Source: an uncultured Alistipes sp. (GTDB lineage Bacteria; Bacteroidota; Bacteroidia; Bacteroidales; Rikenellaceae). From it: a stretch of DNA of 64,000 bases. The stretch lies in assembly GCA_948603215.1 (NCBI GenBank), contig CAPECJ010000002.1, positions 171,805 through 235,804 of the forward strand, given 5' to 3'. Numbering within the stretch: position 1 is the first letter of the stretch; the number at the start of each line of letters is the position of its first letter. The translations under genes and the position numbers were made by a program. The notes under the pieces were generated by a model that was not told the DNA's origin, made no database searches, and was given only the letters and a program-made list of their open reading frames with translations. Positions 38,547 to 48,416 of the stretch are shown here, piece after piece.

Positions 38547-39320
38547 ATGACAGGTCTGCGTAAAAGGGTGACCGTCGGCTTTTTGAGTATCGTTTGCCTG
38601 CTCTTTTTTTCAGGCATGGTGTCGTTTTTGGAATTGAGCCATCTGAGCCGCGATACGGGCGATATACTCGAAGCCAACCAACGGAATATTTCGCTGGCGA
38701 AGCAGATGCTCGATGCTGCGCACGAGCAGAATGTGGCGTTGATCCATCTTTCGGTTTTCGGCGACCAGAGCTACGACAGTCTTTGTCGGGCTTGTATGAC
38801 GCGATTGGAGAATACGTTGCTGGTCGCACAGCAGGAGGCGGTCGATAAATCGTTTCTCGATTCGTTGGCTTTCGCTACGACGGATTTGCGGCTGCTGGTC
38901 GATTCCTATCTGGCTTTCGGCGAAAACGAACACGATGCGAATGCCCCCGAGGCGGGCAGCAAGTGGTATAACAACGAATACGAAGCACTCCACACACGGG
39001 TGACCTCCGCCATCAAGGCTTATATGACCTCGACGCAGAGCTCGTTGGCTCCGCGTGCGGATCAGATGCGCAAAAATGCTTACAGGGCCGTTACGCCGGT
39101 GCTCATTTCGCTGGTCGTGATGATTGCCATCGTCTTGATGCTCTATTATTTCATGTCGATTTATTGCGTCCACCCCATCGTACGGATGAACAAAGGATTG
39201 GACGATTTTCTGACGTTCCACATTCCGTTTGCCGTGAAAGGACAACTGAAAGACGAGGTGCTGGAACTGAAAGAACGGATCGATACCTTGATTTCTATGA
39301 CCAAGCAGCCTAAATTCTGA
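38547..39320 (+). CDS. Membrane protein with periplasmic four-helix-bundle sensor-like domain and a terminal HAMP-like segment
   Basis: TM1 at residues ~8-28, helical periplasmic region, TM2 at ~190-210, then HPIVRM...KDEVLEL (HAMP-like) and a stop. Confidence 0.6.
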   Translation: MTGLRKRVTVGFLSIVCLLFFSGMVSFLELSHLSRDTGDILEANQRNISLAKQMLDAAHEQNVALIHLSVFGDQSYDSLCRACMTRLENTLLVAQQEAVDKSFLDSLAFATTDLRLLVDSYLAFGENEHDANAPEAGSKWYNNEYEALHTRVTSAIKAYMTSTQSSLAPRADQMRKNAYRAVTPVLISLVVMIAIVLMLYYFMSIYCVHPIVRMNKGLDDFLTFHIPFAVKGQLKDEVLELKERIDTLISMTKQPKF

Positions 39321-40771
39321 TGGAAATGCGGTTGGATGTCGTTTTGCGTTATATCGGAGTCGTGATGCTTTTCATTGCGACGTTCATGTTGTTGTCGGCG
39401 GGAATCTCCTACTTCAACGGTATGGACTCGGCATTCTATCCGTTGCTGCTTTCGGCATTGTTGACGACATTGCTGGGTATTTTTCCGTTGATTTTCGTTG
39501 AGCGGCAGGAACAACTGACGACCAAGGAGGGATTCTGCATTGTCGTCGGGGCTTGGCTGCTGGCGTGCGTCGTCGGTTCGTTCCCCTATCTGATTTGGGG
39601 CGGTGAGTTCTCGGTGATAAACGCATGGTTCGAAAGTGTTTCGGGGTTCACTACTACGGGTGCGACCGTGCTGAACGATATCGAATCCCTGCCGCGCGGA
39701 ATGCTTTTTTGGCGCATGTCGACGACTTGGATCGGCGGTATCGGTGTCGTGATGTTCGCACTCGTGATCCTGCCTTCGATGGGCCGGAATAAACTGACTC
39801 TGACCAATGTGGAGCTTTCGACGTTGGCGAAAGACAATTACCGTTACCGCACGCAGGTCATTGTGCGGATTCTGTTGGCGGTTTATGTCGGACTGATGAT
39901 AATCTCCATGCTGTTACTCAAATTGGCAGGCATGAACTGGTTCGACGCCTTGTGTCATGCCATGTCGGTCTGCGCGACGAGCGGCTTCTCAACGAAAAAC
40001 GCCTCTATCGCCTATTTCAATAGTCCGGCCATCGATTGGGTGCTTATTTTCTCGATGATGATGGCAGGTGTTCATTTCGGATTGATTTTCGCTACGGTGA
40101 CCGGTAAACGGAACAATTTGTTCCGCTCCGAAGTGGCTCGGTGGTATTTCGGCATGTTGCTTCTCGGCGGACTTCTGATAACCGTAAGCGTTTTTGCCGC
40201 AGATCTATACCCTACTTTCTTCACTGCATTTCGTGGCGGACTGTTCCAGTTCGTTTCGTTGATGACGACGACCGGATTTGCAACGGCCGACACTAATCAA
40301 TGGACGTCGTTCGCTATTGTCATTCTGCTTTTCGGTTCGTTGGTTTGCGCTTGTGCGGGGTCGACGACGGGCGGTCTGAAGATCAATCGACTCATTCTGT
40401 CGTTGAAAATGATTCGGGCCCGATTGAGCCAGCAACAACACCCCAATGCCATCATCCGTATCCGTTTGGACGGAGCGATACAGGATACGGAGTCGTTGCA
40501 TTCGGTGACGGTCTTCATTGTTACCTATCTGTTGTTGATTCTGGTCGGCACCGTTTTCGGGACGATGCTCGGTATCGATTTGATGACCAGCTTTTCGGGT
40601 TCGATCGCTTCGATCGGCAATGTGGGCCCCGGTTTCGGCGAGGTTGGCTCGATGAACAACTTTTCGGCTTTACCGGCAGCATTCAAGCTGTCCAATTCGC
40701 TGTTGATGTTGTTCGGGCGTTTGGAAATATTCGGTTTGATACAACTCTTTTTCATAAAATGGTGGAGATGA
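39320..40771 (+). CDS. trkH: TrkH family potassium uptake protein
   Basis: FESVSGFTTTG, ATSGFS, TTTGF and GNVGPG pore-loop motifs. Confidence 0.95.
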   Translation: MEMRLDVVLRYIGVVMLFIATFMLLSAGISYFNGMDSAFYPLLLSALLTTLLGIFPLIFVERQEQLTTKEGFCIVVGAWLLACVVGSFPYLIWGGEFSVINAWFESVSGFTTTGATVLNDIESLPRGMLFWRMSTTWIGGIGVVMFALVILPSMGRNKLTLTNVELSTLAKDNYRYRTQVIVRILLAVYVGLMIISMLLLKLAGMNWFDALCHAMSVCATSGFSTKNASIAYFNSPAIDWVLIFSMMMAGVHFGLIFATVTGKRNNLFRSEVARWYFGMLLLGGLLITVSVFAADLYPTFFTAFRGGLFQFVSLMTTTGFATADTNQWTSFAIVILLFGSLVCACAGSTTGGLKINRLILSLKMIRARLSQQQHPNAIIRIRLDGAIQDTESLHSVTVFIVTYLLLILVGTVFGTMLGIDLMTSFSGSIASIGNVGPGFGEVGSMNNFSALPAAFKLSNSLLMLFGRLEIFGLIQLFFIKWWR

Positions 40772-42324
40772 TTCGTGTGTTGCGCAGAGCGGTATGGGCA
40801 GTTGTTTCGGTGCTTCCGGTTGTGGGGTGGCTTTATGCTCAGCCTCCGGTGCCGGGAACGCATCCTGTGCGGTTGGAGTCCGATCGGCAATATATTGCAT
40901 TGTTGGAGGCTGACAAACTCTTGCAACTTCGTCAGGATTCCATCGTGTGGGCTGTGGAGCATTTGCGGACGCGTCTGCGGACGAATCCCGAGGAACGGGA
41001 GCGCATTTCGGCAGAGATTCTGCGTCTGGAAAACCGGATTTTCGAGGTGCGCAGTGCCAAAGGGCGTCTTGTCGACCGGATCAATGCTCTCGAACAAGAG
41101 TGGGTATTGGCTCAGTTGGAGCAGGCTGATTCGTTGGGCGATACGGCGCCGCAGACGAATAACGGGCAGAGAGTCATTGCCGAAGGACCAAAAGTCCGTA
41201 ATCTGGTTTATAACCGCTATTTCCGTGAGAACTTGCCGGAACCGGATTATGCCGCGCTGATGGAAGCACAGCGGATGGAATCGCAAGTCGAAGCACTTGC
41301 CAATCGCTATTTTGCCGGTTATGATACGTTGGCGATGCTCTCCCATTCTTATGAAGCAGTTACGACGTCGGAGGAGGCCACGCCGCTTTATGCACGCTTC
41401 CATGCTTTGAGAGATGCAAACCGTGTGTTGGCGGATTCGCTTGCGACGGCTTGGAATTATGTTTTCGACAACAAAAGCTACGCATATGGTTATGTGTTGG
41501 ATAAATTCGGTTACGACCCGCTGTTAGCCGAGCAGGAGACCCGGCTTTCGGAAGCGATGCTGCAACTGGCCGAATTGCGCGACAAGACGGTATCCGATGA
41601 AATGGCCGATTATTTCATCCGCAAGCGTGCAGCACTCGACTATGAGATTTCCGTTGCGCAGTTATTGGGGATGGATTCGGCCCGAGATTCGCTTGTGCAA
41701 GCGGTCGAACGGGTGAAATCGATCGATTTCCGGAAGCCGAAAATCGACATGACCGAGCGTTTTTTCGTTGACTACGAAGCTCTTGAATTTTCGAAAACAC
41801 CGAAATATACAGCCCAAAAGCCTATACCTGAGTCCCGGATATACGAGCGTGGAACGATTTACCGGATTTTGCTCGGTACATTCAATTCGAAACGTCCGGT
41901 CTCTTTGTTCAAGGGCGTTTATCCGCTCTCCTATCTGATCGACGACGCGAAAAAATGGAACTATTATGCCGGAGGATTCGCTACGCTTGCGGAAGCTGAG
42001 GCTGCACAGGCTCTGCTGAAAGAGAAAGGATTCCAACGTCCGGAAATCGTCGTATGGATACATGGTATGGCGCATAATCTCTCGCAACAACCCGATGTGC
42101 ACGCAAAATCGTATCGTATCGAAATCATGAATACGGAAGTTCTGTCCGATAAGATTCGGGCTGCTATTGCGGCGATTGCCGAGGATGCCGAAGTTTCTAA
42201 AGTCGGTCAGAATATGTTCGTGGTGGGTTTGTTCTACGATAGAGGGCTGACCGATGCCATAATCGATGCTATTCGGAAAGCGGATGACAATCTGGAGATA
42301 AAAGTGGCCGAAATGGCACAATAA
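40768..42324 (+). CDS. Exported hypothetical protein with coiled-coil region and C-terminal SPOR-like domain
   Basis: Signal peptide, heptad-rich N-terminus, YRILLGTF...YYAGGFATLAEAEAAQALLKEKGF (SPOR-like). Confidence 0.6.
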   Translation: MIRVLRRAVWAVVSVLPVVGWLYAQPPVPGTHPVRLESDRQYIALLEADKLLQLRQDSIVWAVEHLRTRLRTNPEERERISAEILRLENRIFEVRSAKGRLVDRINALEQEWVLAQLEQADSLGDTAPQTNNGQRVIAEGPKVRNLVYNRYFRENLPEPDYAALMEAQRMESQVEALANRYFAGYDTLAMLSHSYEAVTTSEEATPLYARFHALRDANRVLADSLATAWNYVFDNKSYAYGYVLDKFGYDPLLAEQETRLSEAMLQLAELRDKTVSDEMADYFIRKRAALDYEISVAQLLGMDSARDSLVQAVERVKSIDFRKPKIDMTERFFVDYEALEFSKTPKYTAQKPIPESRIYERGTIYRILLGTFNSKRPVSLFKGVYPLSYLIDDAKKWNYYAGGFATLAEAEAAQALLKEKGFQRPEIVVWIHGMAHNLSQQPDVHAKSYRIEIMNTEVLSDKIRAAIAAIAEDAEVSKVGQNMFVVGLFYDRGLTDAIIDAIRKADDNLEIKVAEMAQ

Positions 42325-42368
42325 TCGAAATATTTGATTATCTTTAGACCATCATTCAATCTGTCGTT

Positions 42369-42845
42369 GTGGCTATGTTTTACATCGTATTGCTTGTTTT
42401 CTTCGGTCTGCTCTTTCTGGTAGCCGAACTGGTCTTGTTGCCCGGGGTATCCATCGGTGCTTTGTTGTCGTTGGTTTGTTACGGCAGTTCGATTTATCTG
42501 GCGTTTCGCGATTATGGTCCGTTGACGGGGGCAGTCGTGGTCATTGCGATACTCGTTTTGTCGTGCATTGCGATCGTCATTTCGTTGCGCGCCAAGACGT
42601 GGCAGCGTTTTTCGCTCAAGCAGGAAATCCATTCGTCGTCGATGCCCGAACCGGACAAGGAGTTGCAAATCGGAGCTCGCGGAACAAGTGTTTCGCGTCT
42701 TTCGCCGATGGGGAAAATTTCGATTGACGGCCGGATCTACGAAGCCAAATCGCAGGATATCTATATCGATCCGCGGAGCGATGTGGAAGTGGTCGGTTTC
42801 GAGAATTTCAGCGTGATAGTTCGGAAAGTCGAAAATAACATATAA
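42369..42845 (+). CDS. NfeD family membrane protein (short form)
   Basis: FLVAELVLLPG and LSPMGKI OB-fold motifs; directly upstream of floA. Confidence 0.88.
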   Translation: MAMFYIVLLVFFGLLFLVAELVLLPGVSIGALLSLVCYGSSIYLAFRDYGPLTGAVVVIAILVLSCIAIVISLRAKTWQRFSLKQEIHSSSMPEPDKELQIGARGTSVSRLSPMGKISIDGRIYEAKSQDIYIDPRSDVEVVGFENFSVIVRKVENNI

Positions 42846-42862
42846 ATTATAAAGTATAAATT

Positions 42863-43828
42863 ATGGATCAGGGAATTCTTGCATTGGTGATTTTCGTGGG
42901 GCTCGTAGCCGTATGGCTCGTCTTCTACTTCATTCCGGTAGGATTGTGGTTTTCGGCACTGGTTTCCGGTGTGCGAATCAGTCTGTTGCAGTTGATTCTG
43001 ATGCGCTGGCGTAAGGTTCCGCCCTCGACCATCGTTTCGTCGATGATCGAAAGCACCAAAGCCGGTCTTTCGCTCAACCCCAACGAGTTGGAAGCACATT
43101 ATCTGGCGGGTGGTAATGTGACGAATGTCGTTCATGCGTTGGTATCGGCCCAAAAAGCCGGTATCCTGCTCGATTTTCGGATGGCGACGGCTATTGATTT
43201 GGCCGGCCGTGACGTATTCGAAGCAGTACAGATGTCCGTGAATCCGCGGGTCATCAATACGCCGCCGGTCGCTGCGGTTGCCAAAGACGGTATTCAGTTG
43301 ATTGCCAAAGCGCGTGTAACGGTGCGTGCGAATATCAAGCAATTGGTCGGCGGTGCTGGCGAGGAGACCGTTCTGGCGCGTGTCGGCGAAGGTATCGTGT
43401 CGTCCATCGGTTCGGCTGCCACGCATAAAATCGTGTTGGAAAATCCCGATTCGATTTCGCGCGTCGTATTGGAAAAAGGCCTCGATGCAGGAACGGCTTT
43501 CGAGATTCTGTCGATCGATATCGCCGATATCGACGTAGGCAAGAATATCGGTGCCCAGTTACAGATGGATCAGGCGCAGGCTGACAAAAATATCGCACAG
43601 GCCAAGGCCGAGGAACGCCGTGCGATGGCTGTGGCGCTCGAACAGGAGAATAAGGCCAAAGCACAGGATGCACGTGCGAAAGTGATTTTGGCCGAGGCCG
43701 AGGTGCCGCTGGCAATGGCCGAAGCATTCCGCAACGGAAATCTCGGAATCATGGACTATTACAAGATGAAAAATATCATGGCCGATACGTCGATGCGTGA
43801 GACGATTGCCAAACCCGAGAAGAAATAG
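42863..43828 (+). CDS. floA: Flotillin-like protein FloA (YqfA family)
   Basis: [26 protein letters not shown] and [14 protein letters not shown] motifs. Confidence 0.94.
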   Translation: MDQGILALVIFVGLVAVWLVFYFIPVGLWFSALVSGVRISLLQLILMRWRKVPPSTIVSSMIESTKAGLSLNPNELEAHYLAGGNVTNVVHALVSAQKAGILLDFRMATAIDLAGRDVFEAVQMSVNPRVINTPPVAAVAKDGIQLIAKARVTVRANIKQLVGGAGEETVLARVGEGIVSSIGSAATHKIVLENPDSISRVVLEKGLDAGTAFEILSIDIADIDVGKNIGAQLQMDQAQADKNIAQAKAEERRAMAVALEQENKAKAQDARAKVILAEAEVPLAMAEAFRNGNLGIMDYYKMKNIMADTSMRETIAKPEKK

Positions 43829-43945
43829 CTTTTATATTGCGGGGATACTTTGGGGATTGTCCGATGGTATCTCTTCGCTTCTTTCAATCCTTGCAGGAGA
43901 TGTTCTTGCAAGGATTTTTTGTGCCGTTGCTGGTGCGCATATCGT

Positions 43946-44713
43946 TCAGTAGACTTTTTCCGGCAGCGTTTCGCCATCCGGCACGCATTCGATTTTGTCG
44001 CGCCACTTGACGGACGCATGCGTGCCGTCGCAATAGGGTTTGTTGGACGATTGCCCGCACCGACAAAGCACCACCCTGTTGCGTATCGCGTAGGTTTCTC
44101 CCGTTGCGCGCTGGATGGGAATGCCGCCTCGTACCCAAAGTCCGCCGCTGGAACCGATAGCGTTGTCTTCGATCAATCCGAGACTGGGCTCGAAATGGAA
44201 TTCGAACGGTTGTCGGGTTTTACGGTCGCGGGCGGTCAGCCGTCCGCTCGGGCACATCGAGGCCTCCCGTATGGCTAACTGGCGGGAATCCGGCGCATCG
44301 GAATGCTCGGTCAGATCCCACGTATCGCCGCCCGGATGGCAGAATCGGGCAAAAACGCAGAATTTGCTGTTATCCAACAAATCGAGGGTCGCGCCTTCGA
44401 CTGTTTCCACTTCATCCGACCGGATTTCGGGTGAAGCGGTGAGTTGCGGATTCCAGTCGGTATTGGCATGGCTGCCGTCGCAGTACGGATGGCGCTTCGA
44501 GGAGCCGCATCGGCAGAGTGCTGTGGGATCCGTTTTGGTGGAGAACGAACGACCGGCTTGGAAATACCAGCTTTCGTTATTGTCGTCGGGCATGATATAT
44601 TGCATTGCCAAAGGCGGACAACCGTAGACCAAATAGGGACCTTGTTCGGTGACGGTGATGTGAATCGGCGCGTCGTTAATCTTATTTTTCGGGTGTTGCA
44701 TACTATTCGTCAT
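43946..44713 (-). CDS. Tandem CDGSH iron-sulfur domain protein with central ferredoxin-like domain
   Basis: LCRCGSSKRHPYCDGSH and LCRCGQSSNKPYCDGTH motifs; central CVFARFC...CPSGRL. Confidence 0.88.
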   Translation of the reverse strand: MTNSMQHPKNKINDAPIHITVTEQGPYLVYGCPPLAMQYIMPDDNNESWYFQAGRSFSTKTDPTALCRCGSSKRHPYCDGSHANTDWNPQLTASPEIRSDEVETVEGATLDLLDNSKFCVFARFCHPGGDTWDLTEHSDAPDSRQLAIREASMCPSGRLTARDRKTRQPFEFHFEPSLGLIEDNAIGSSGGLWVRGGIPIQRATGETYAIRNRVVLCRCGQSSNKPYCDGTHASVKWRDKIECVPDGETLPEKVY

Positions 44714-44820
44714 TCTGTTCCGTTCGTTCAGCGGTGGCAAGAATTGTTCCAGCCGGATGGCTCGGCAGTGTCGAATGGAAAATAGGAAACGATAAATTTG
44801 TTTCTGCGTGCGGCTTGTGC

Positions 44821-44828
44821 TATCTTTG
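44821..44828 (+). promoter_or_regulatory. -7 promoter element
   Basis: TATCTTTG, 31 nt upstream of the ATG at 44860. Confidence 0.55.
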
Positions 44829-44859
44829 CCGAAGAATAAATTTTCGAACAACGTGAATT

Positions 44860-46323
44860 ATGAAAGATAGGAAAGGCTTGGCAAGATGGATGTTCCTCAT
44901 GGTATTCGTAGTACCGATGTTTGCGTCGTGTAGCGATGATGACGCCGATAATGCTGTGTTGTCATTCGATGTACCTTCGGTCTATTTTTCTGGCGCGGGA
45001 GCGCAAAAAACGGTCTTATTCTCGGCGCGTGGGGTCGAGCGGCTCTATGTTTCAGCTAAACCCCAAGGCTGGAGCGATGACAATGTGGTGCTGGATGCCG
45101 AGAATCGGTCGGTGATAATTACCGTACCGGAGCAGTCTGCCGATGAGTCGGTTGCTTCATCCGGAACGATTACCCTTGCCGGGTATTCTTCGTCCAATCG
45201 CTCCGTGAGCGCTTCGCTGTTTGTCGGGATTGCCGGTGAAAAAATCTTGCAAGGCCCGGCCAACAGCTTTATTGCCAGCGAGAAAGAGACGCATTATACG
45301 TTCGTTCCAATGCGGGCCGACGGATCCGATGTGCAACCTGTAAGCGTCGGTGTGATATGGCAGAGTGCCGGCAAACTATTGCAATACGTCGATCTCGATG
45401 AGGATAATCGGATTTCGTTTTATGTGGGAGCCGATGCCGACCGCACGGATGAAATCAAACGAGGCAACGGGTTGATCGGTGCTTATGATGCGGCGGGCAA
45501 CCTGTTGTGGAGTTGGCATATCTGGACGGTGCCCTACGATCCGGAGCAGGATATGGTAGAATGGAATGGCTATCGGTTGATGAGCCGTAACCTCGGGGCG
45601 CTCAACAATGCCAATACGACGGCTGAGGAGCGTCTTGCCTCCTATGGATTGTTCTATCAATGGGGGCGCAAGGATCCGTTTGTTGGCCCCGGTAGCTATC
45701 GGGCGAATAACGGAAGTTCGGCGCTTATCTACAATGCGGATGGGGCAAGTACGAAATTGACGTTCGTCGAATCCTCGGCCGAAACTGGAACGGAAAGCTA
45801 TGCGTTGCAACATCCGCTGTGTTTTATCACGGGCGTAGGTTCGAATGGATACGATTGGTTGTGGGATGATTCCGCTGTGGGTTGGAGCGAGCAAAATGAT
45901 CCGTGCCCGTATGGGTGGCAGGTCGCACCGGCAGAAGCATTCGTCGGCTTGCAGTTGGACGGACAGCCGACCGCTGCCGATTGCGATCTTTTCGGGTGGA
46001 AGTTGACCGATGGTGCGACGAGCTCGCTTTTCATGGCTGCCGGACGCCGTGTTTATCTCAATGGCAAGATTCAGAATGTCTATCAACCTGCAATAGTTTC
46101 GGACGCAGTTGCCGTGCGCAGCAATCCGGCAGAGGAAGCGCAACCGTGGGTCGGTCTTTATTGGACGGCGGATGCTGCGATCGACCGGAACTCGAAGGCG
46201 CTCTATTTCTGGTACGACAAGAAAAGCGCGCTTGAAGGAGAAACCGAGACAGGCAGGGTTTTTCCTGCAGCATCTTATGCACGAGCCAACGGAATGTCGG
46301 TTCGCTGCGTGAAAAAGCAGTGA
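44860..46323 (+). CDS. Surface lipoprotein with 'FYQWGRKDPF' domain (Fib_succ_major/fimbrillin-associated type)
   Basis: Lipobox FASC followed by acidic SDDD; WSWHIW, MSRNLGA, GLFYQWGRKDPF, DPCPYGWQV and GMSVRCVK motifs. Confidence 0.75.
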   Translation: MKDRKGLARWMFLMVFVVPMFASCSDDDADNAVLSFDVPSVYFSGAGAQKTVLFSARGVERLYVSAKPQGWSDDNVVLDAENRSVIITVPEQSADESVASSGTITLAGYSSSNRSVSASLFVGIAGEKILQGPANSFIASEKETHYTFVPMRADGSDVQPVSVGVIWQSAGKLLQYVDLDEDNRISFYVGADADRTDEIKRGNGLIGAYDAAGNLLWSWHIWTVPYDPEQDMVEWNGYRLMSRNLGALNNANTTAEERLASYGLFYQWGRKDPFVGPGSYRANNGSSALIYNADGASTKLTFVESSAETGTESYALQHPLCFITGVGSNGYDWLWDDSAVGWSEQNDPCPYGWQVAPAEAFVGLQLDGQPTAADCDLFGWKLTDGATSSLFMAAGRRVYLNGKIQNVYQPAIVSDAVAVRSNPAEEAQPWVGLYWTADAAIDRNSKALYFWYDKKSALEGETETGRVFPAASYARANGMSVRCVKKQ

Positions 46324-46381
46324 ACGGGACGGATTCCCGATATTTTGTGATAAATAATTTTGCGGATTCGGAAATTAGGCT

Positions 46382-46389
46382 TATCTTTG
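46382..46389 (+). promoter_or_regulatory. -7 promoter element for tRNA-Pro
   Basis: TATCTTTG. Confidence 0.55.
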
Positions 46390-46419
46390 TGCGCTCTTAA
46401 AAGATAAGGGTCGTTTGTT

Positions 46420-46494
46420 CGGGGTGTAGCGCAGTCCGGTTAGCGCGCCAGCTTCGGGAGTTGGAGGTCGCTGGTTCGAATCCAGTCTCCCCGA
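46420..46494 (+). tRNA. tRNA-Pro (anticodon CGG)
   Basis: Cloverleaf: D stem GCGC/GCGC, anticodon stem CCAGC-TTCGGGA-GTTGG, T loop TTCGAAT. CCA is not encoded. Confidence 0.93.
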
Positions 46495-46505
46495 CAAATT
46501 ATCGG

Positions 46506-46543
46506 AAAAAGATTTCTGCAAAAAGATGCGGAAATCTTTTTTT
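46506..46543 (+). terminator. Terminator after tRNA-Pro
   Basis: AAAAAGATTTCTGCA-aaaaga-TGCGGAAATCTTTTT plus a T tract. Confidence 0.75.
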
Positions 46544-46565
46544 CGTTTAGGGTATCGAGTACATT

Positions 46566-47261
46566 ATGAAAAAACTGGTTGTCTTTACCGGTGCCGGAGT
46601 GAGTGCCGATAGCGGACTGTCGACGTTTCGCGATGCAGATGGATTGTGGGCGAATTATCGCATCGAGGATGTCTGTACACCGGAGGCATTGGCACGCGAC
46701 CGTGCTACGGTCGTGAAATTCTACAACGAACGACGGCGGGAAATGCTGGCGGCGAAACCTAATGCGGGGCATCGGGCGATAGCAGAGCTTGAACGTGATT
46801 TTGCGGTCGAGGTGGTGACGCAGAATGTCGATAATCTGCATGAACGGGCCGGTTCGACCCATGTGATCCACTTGCACGGCGAATTGACTAAAGTACGCTC
46901 GTCGGTCGATCCTGACGAAATCGTATCGCTCGATGGTTGGGAACAGCGGCTGGATGCTACGGCATCCGACGGATCATTGTTGCGGCCGCATATTGTGTTT
47001 TTTGGCGAATCCGTCCCTATGTTCGACCGAGCGGCGGAAATTGCAACATGTGCCGATTTGATGGTAGTTGTGGGGACTTCGCTGGCTGTCTACCCTGCCG
47101 CTTCATTGGTGCGTTATGTGCGGCCCGAGATTCCGATTTTCGTGGTCGACCCGGGAAATCCGGATGTGTCATCCGTTCGCAATCCGTTGACTATCATTCG
47201 AAAAAGCGCTGTCGACGGTCTGCCGGAACTAGCATTGTTGCTGCGCCAAAAATATCTTTGA
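46566..47261 (+). CDS. cobB: NAD-dependent protein deacylase (Sir2 family)
   Basis: GAGVSADSGLSTFR, TQNVDNLH, HLHG and VGTS motifs. Confidence 0.93.
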   Translation: MKKLVVFTGAGVSADSGLSTFRDADGLWANYRIEDVCTPEALARDRATVVKFYNERRREMLAAKPNAGHRAIAELERDFAVEVVTQNVDNLHERAGSTHVIHLHGELTKVRSSVDPDEIVSLDGWEQRLDATASDGSLLRPHIVFFGESVPMFDRAAEIATCADLMVVVGTSLAVYPAASLVRYVRPEIPIFVVDPGNPDVSSVRNPLTIIRKSAVDGLPELALLLRQKYL

Positions 47262-47332
47262 CCAGAAAATTCGCCCGAGTCGTCGGCATGGGTTTCACGG
47301 CAGCCGACGGATTGGCTGTTGGAATTGTTCGA

Positions 47333-48409
47333 CTACAATTTGCGATAGTGACAATAAAGCAGTTGTCCGTCGTCATCGTGTAGGTGCATGCCGCCGCCTA
47401 AACAATAACGGAACATCTTGCAGTTTGCGCATTCGCCTTGTCTGGCCCATTCGCGGTTGCGGAACGGTTCGAACCGATGCTCCCAAACCTCCCAGAAATC
47501 ATCTCGATAGATATTGCCTTGATGGAAGTTTCCGCGAATGGATGTGCATCCCGAAATGGAGCCGTCGACCCGTATCGAAGCGACCGAAATTCCGGCTGCG
47601 CATTGATAGAAATTATCGCGCACTTCGGCTTCATAGCCGCCTAAAAATCCTTCACAGGCATAACTGACATCGATTCGGCCTTCGCGTCGGGTGCGGCGGA
47701 TGAACTCCAACAGCGAACGGAATTGCTCGTCGCTCAGATATAACGAAGCGTCGTTACGCGCACGACCCATCGGGAAAATCGAGAAAATGCGCCAATGTCG
47801 AACCCCCTCGGCAATCAACAAGTCGCAGAACTCCTCCAAATGCGGAATCAGAGCACCTGTCGCGCAGGTGATGACGTCGTAGGTCAGATTCGGCTCCCGT
47901 ACGATGCGTCGGATGGCTCGCAGGGCCCGTTCGTAACTCAAGGCGTTGCCACGAATGTGATTATGCTCCCGCTCGAATCCGTCGAGGCTGATGGAAATAC
48001 TCCGCAGACCGGCCTGCATCAATCGGTCGAGCCGCTGCGGAGTTAGCGCCATGCCGTTAGTGACCATTCCCCACGGATATCCGCGACGGGTTACCTCGGT
48101 TCCGGCCTGCTCCAAATCCTCGCGGACGAGCACCTCGCCACCGGAAAAAATGATAAGCACCTCCGTCGGATCGACATGAGGCGTTATTTGGTCGTCGAGC
48201 ACTTTCAGAAAATCGGCCAACGGCATGTCAGGCACTTGCGGATCGACGCGACAGTCGCTGCCGCAATGTCGGCACGCGAGATTGCAGCGCAATGTACATT
48301 CCCAAAAAAGCGTGTTCAACCGATGTTCGGCAACCGTTGTGGTGTAAAGGTCTGAGAAAATATTGAGGGCCCATCGTTTTCGGAGGCCCAACCAGCGGCG
48401 GGAGAACAT
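47333..48409 (-). CDS. Radical SAM/SPASM enzyme of the rSAM-lipoprotein system (TIGR04133-like; splicease-related)
   Basis: WECTLRCNLACRHCGS (CxxxCxxC), SGGE, SISLDG, SPASM CAAG...DGSISGC and CANCKMFRYCLGG motifs. Confidence 0.88.
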   Translation of the reverse strand: MFSRRWLGLRKRWALNIFSDLYTTTVAEHRLNTLFWECTLRCNLACRHCGSDCRVDPQVPDMPLADFLKVLDDQITPHVDPTEVLIIFSGGEVLVREDLEQAGTEVTRRGYPWGMVTNGMALTPQRLDRLMQAGLRSISISLDGFEREHNHIRGNALSYERALRAIRRIVREPNLTYDVITCATGALIPHLEEFCDLLIAEGVRHWRIFSIFPMGRARNDASLYLSDEQFRSLLEFIRRTRREGRIDVSYACEGFLGGYEAEVRDNFYQCAAGISVASIRVDGSISGCTSIRGNFHQGNIYRDDFWEVWEHRFEPFRNREWARQGECANCKMFRYCLGGGMHLHDDDGQLLYCHYRKL

Positions 48410-48416
48410 ACGAATC

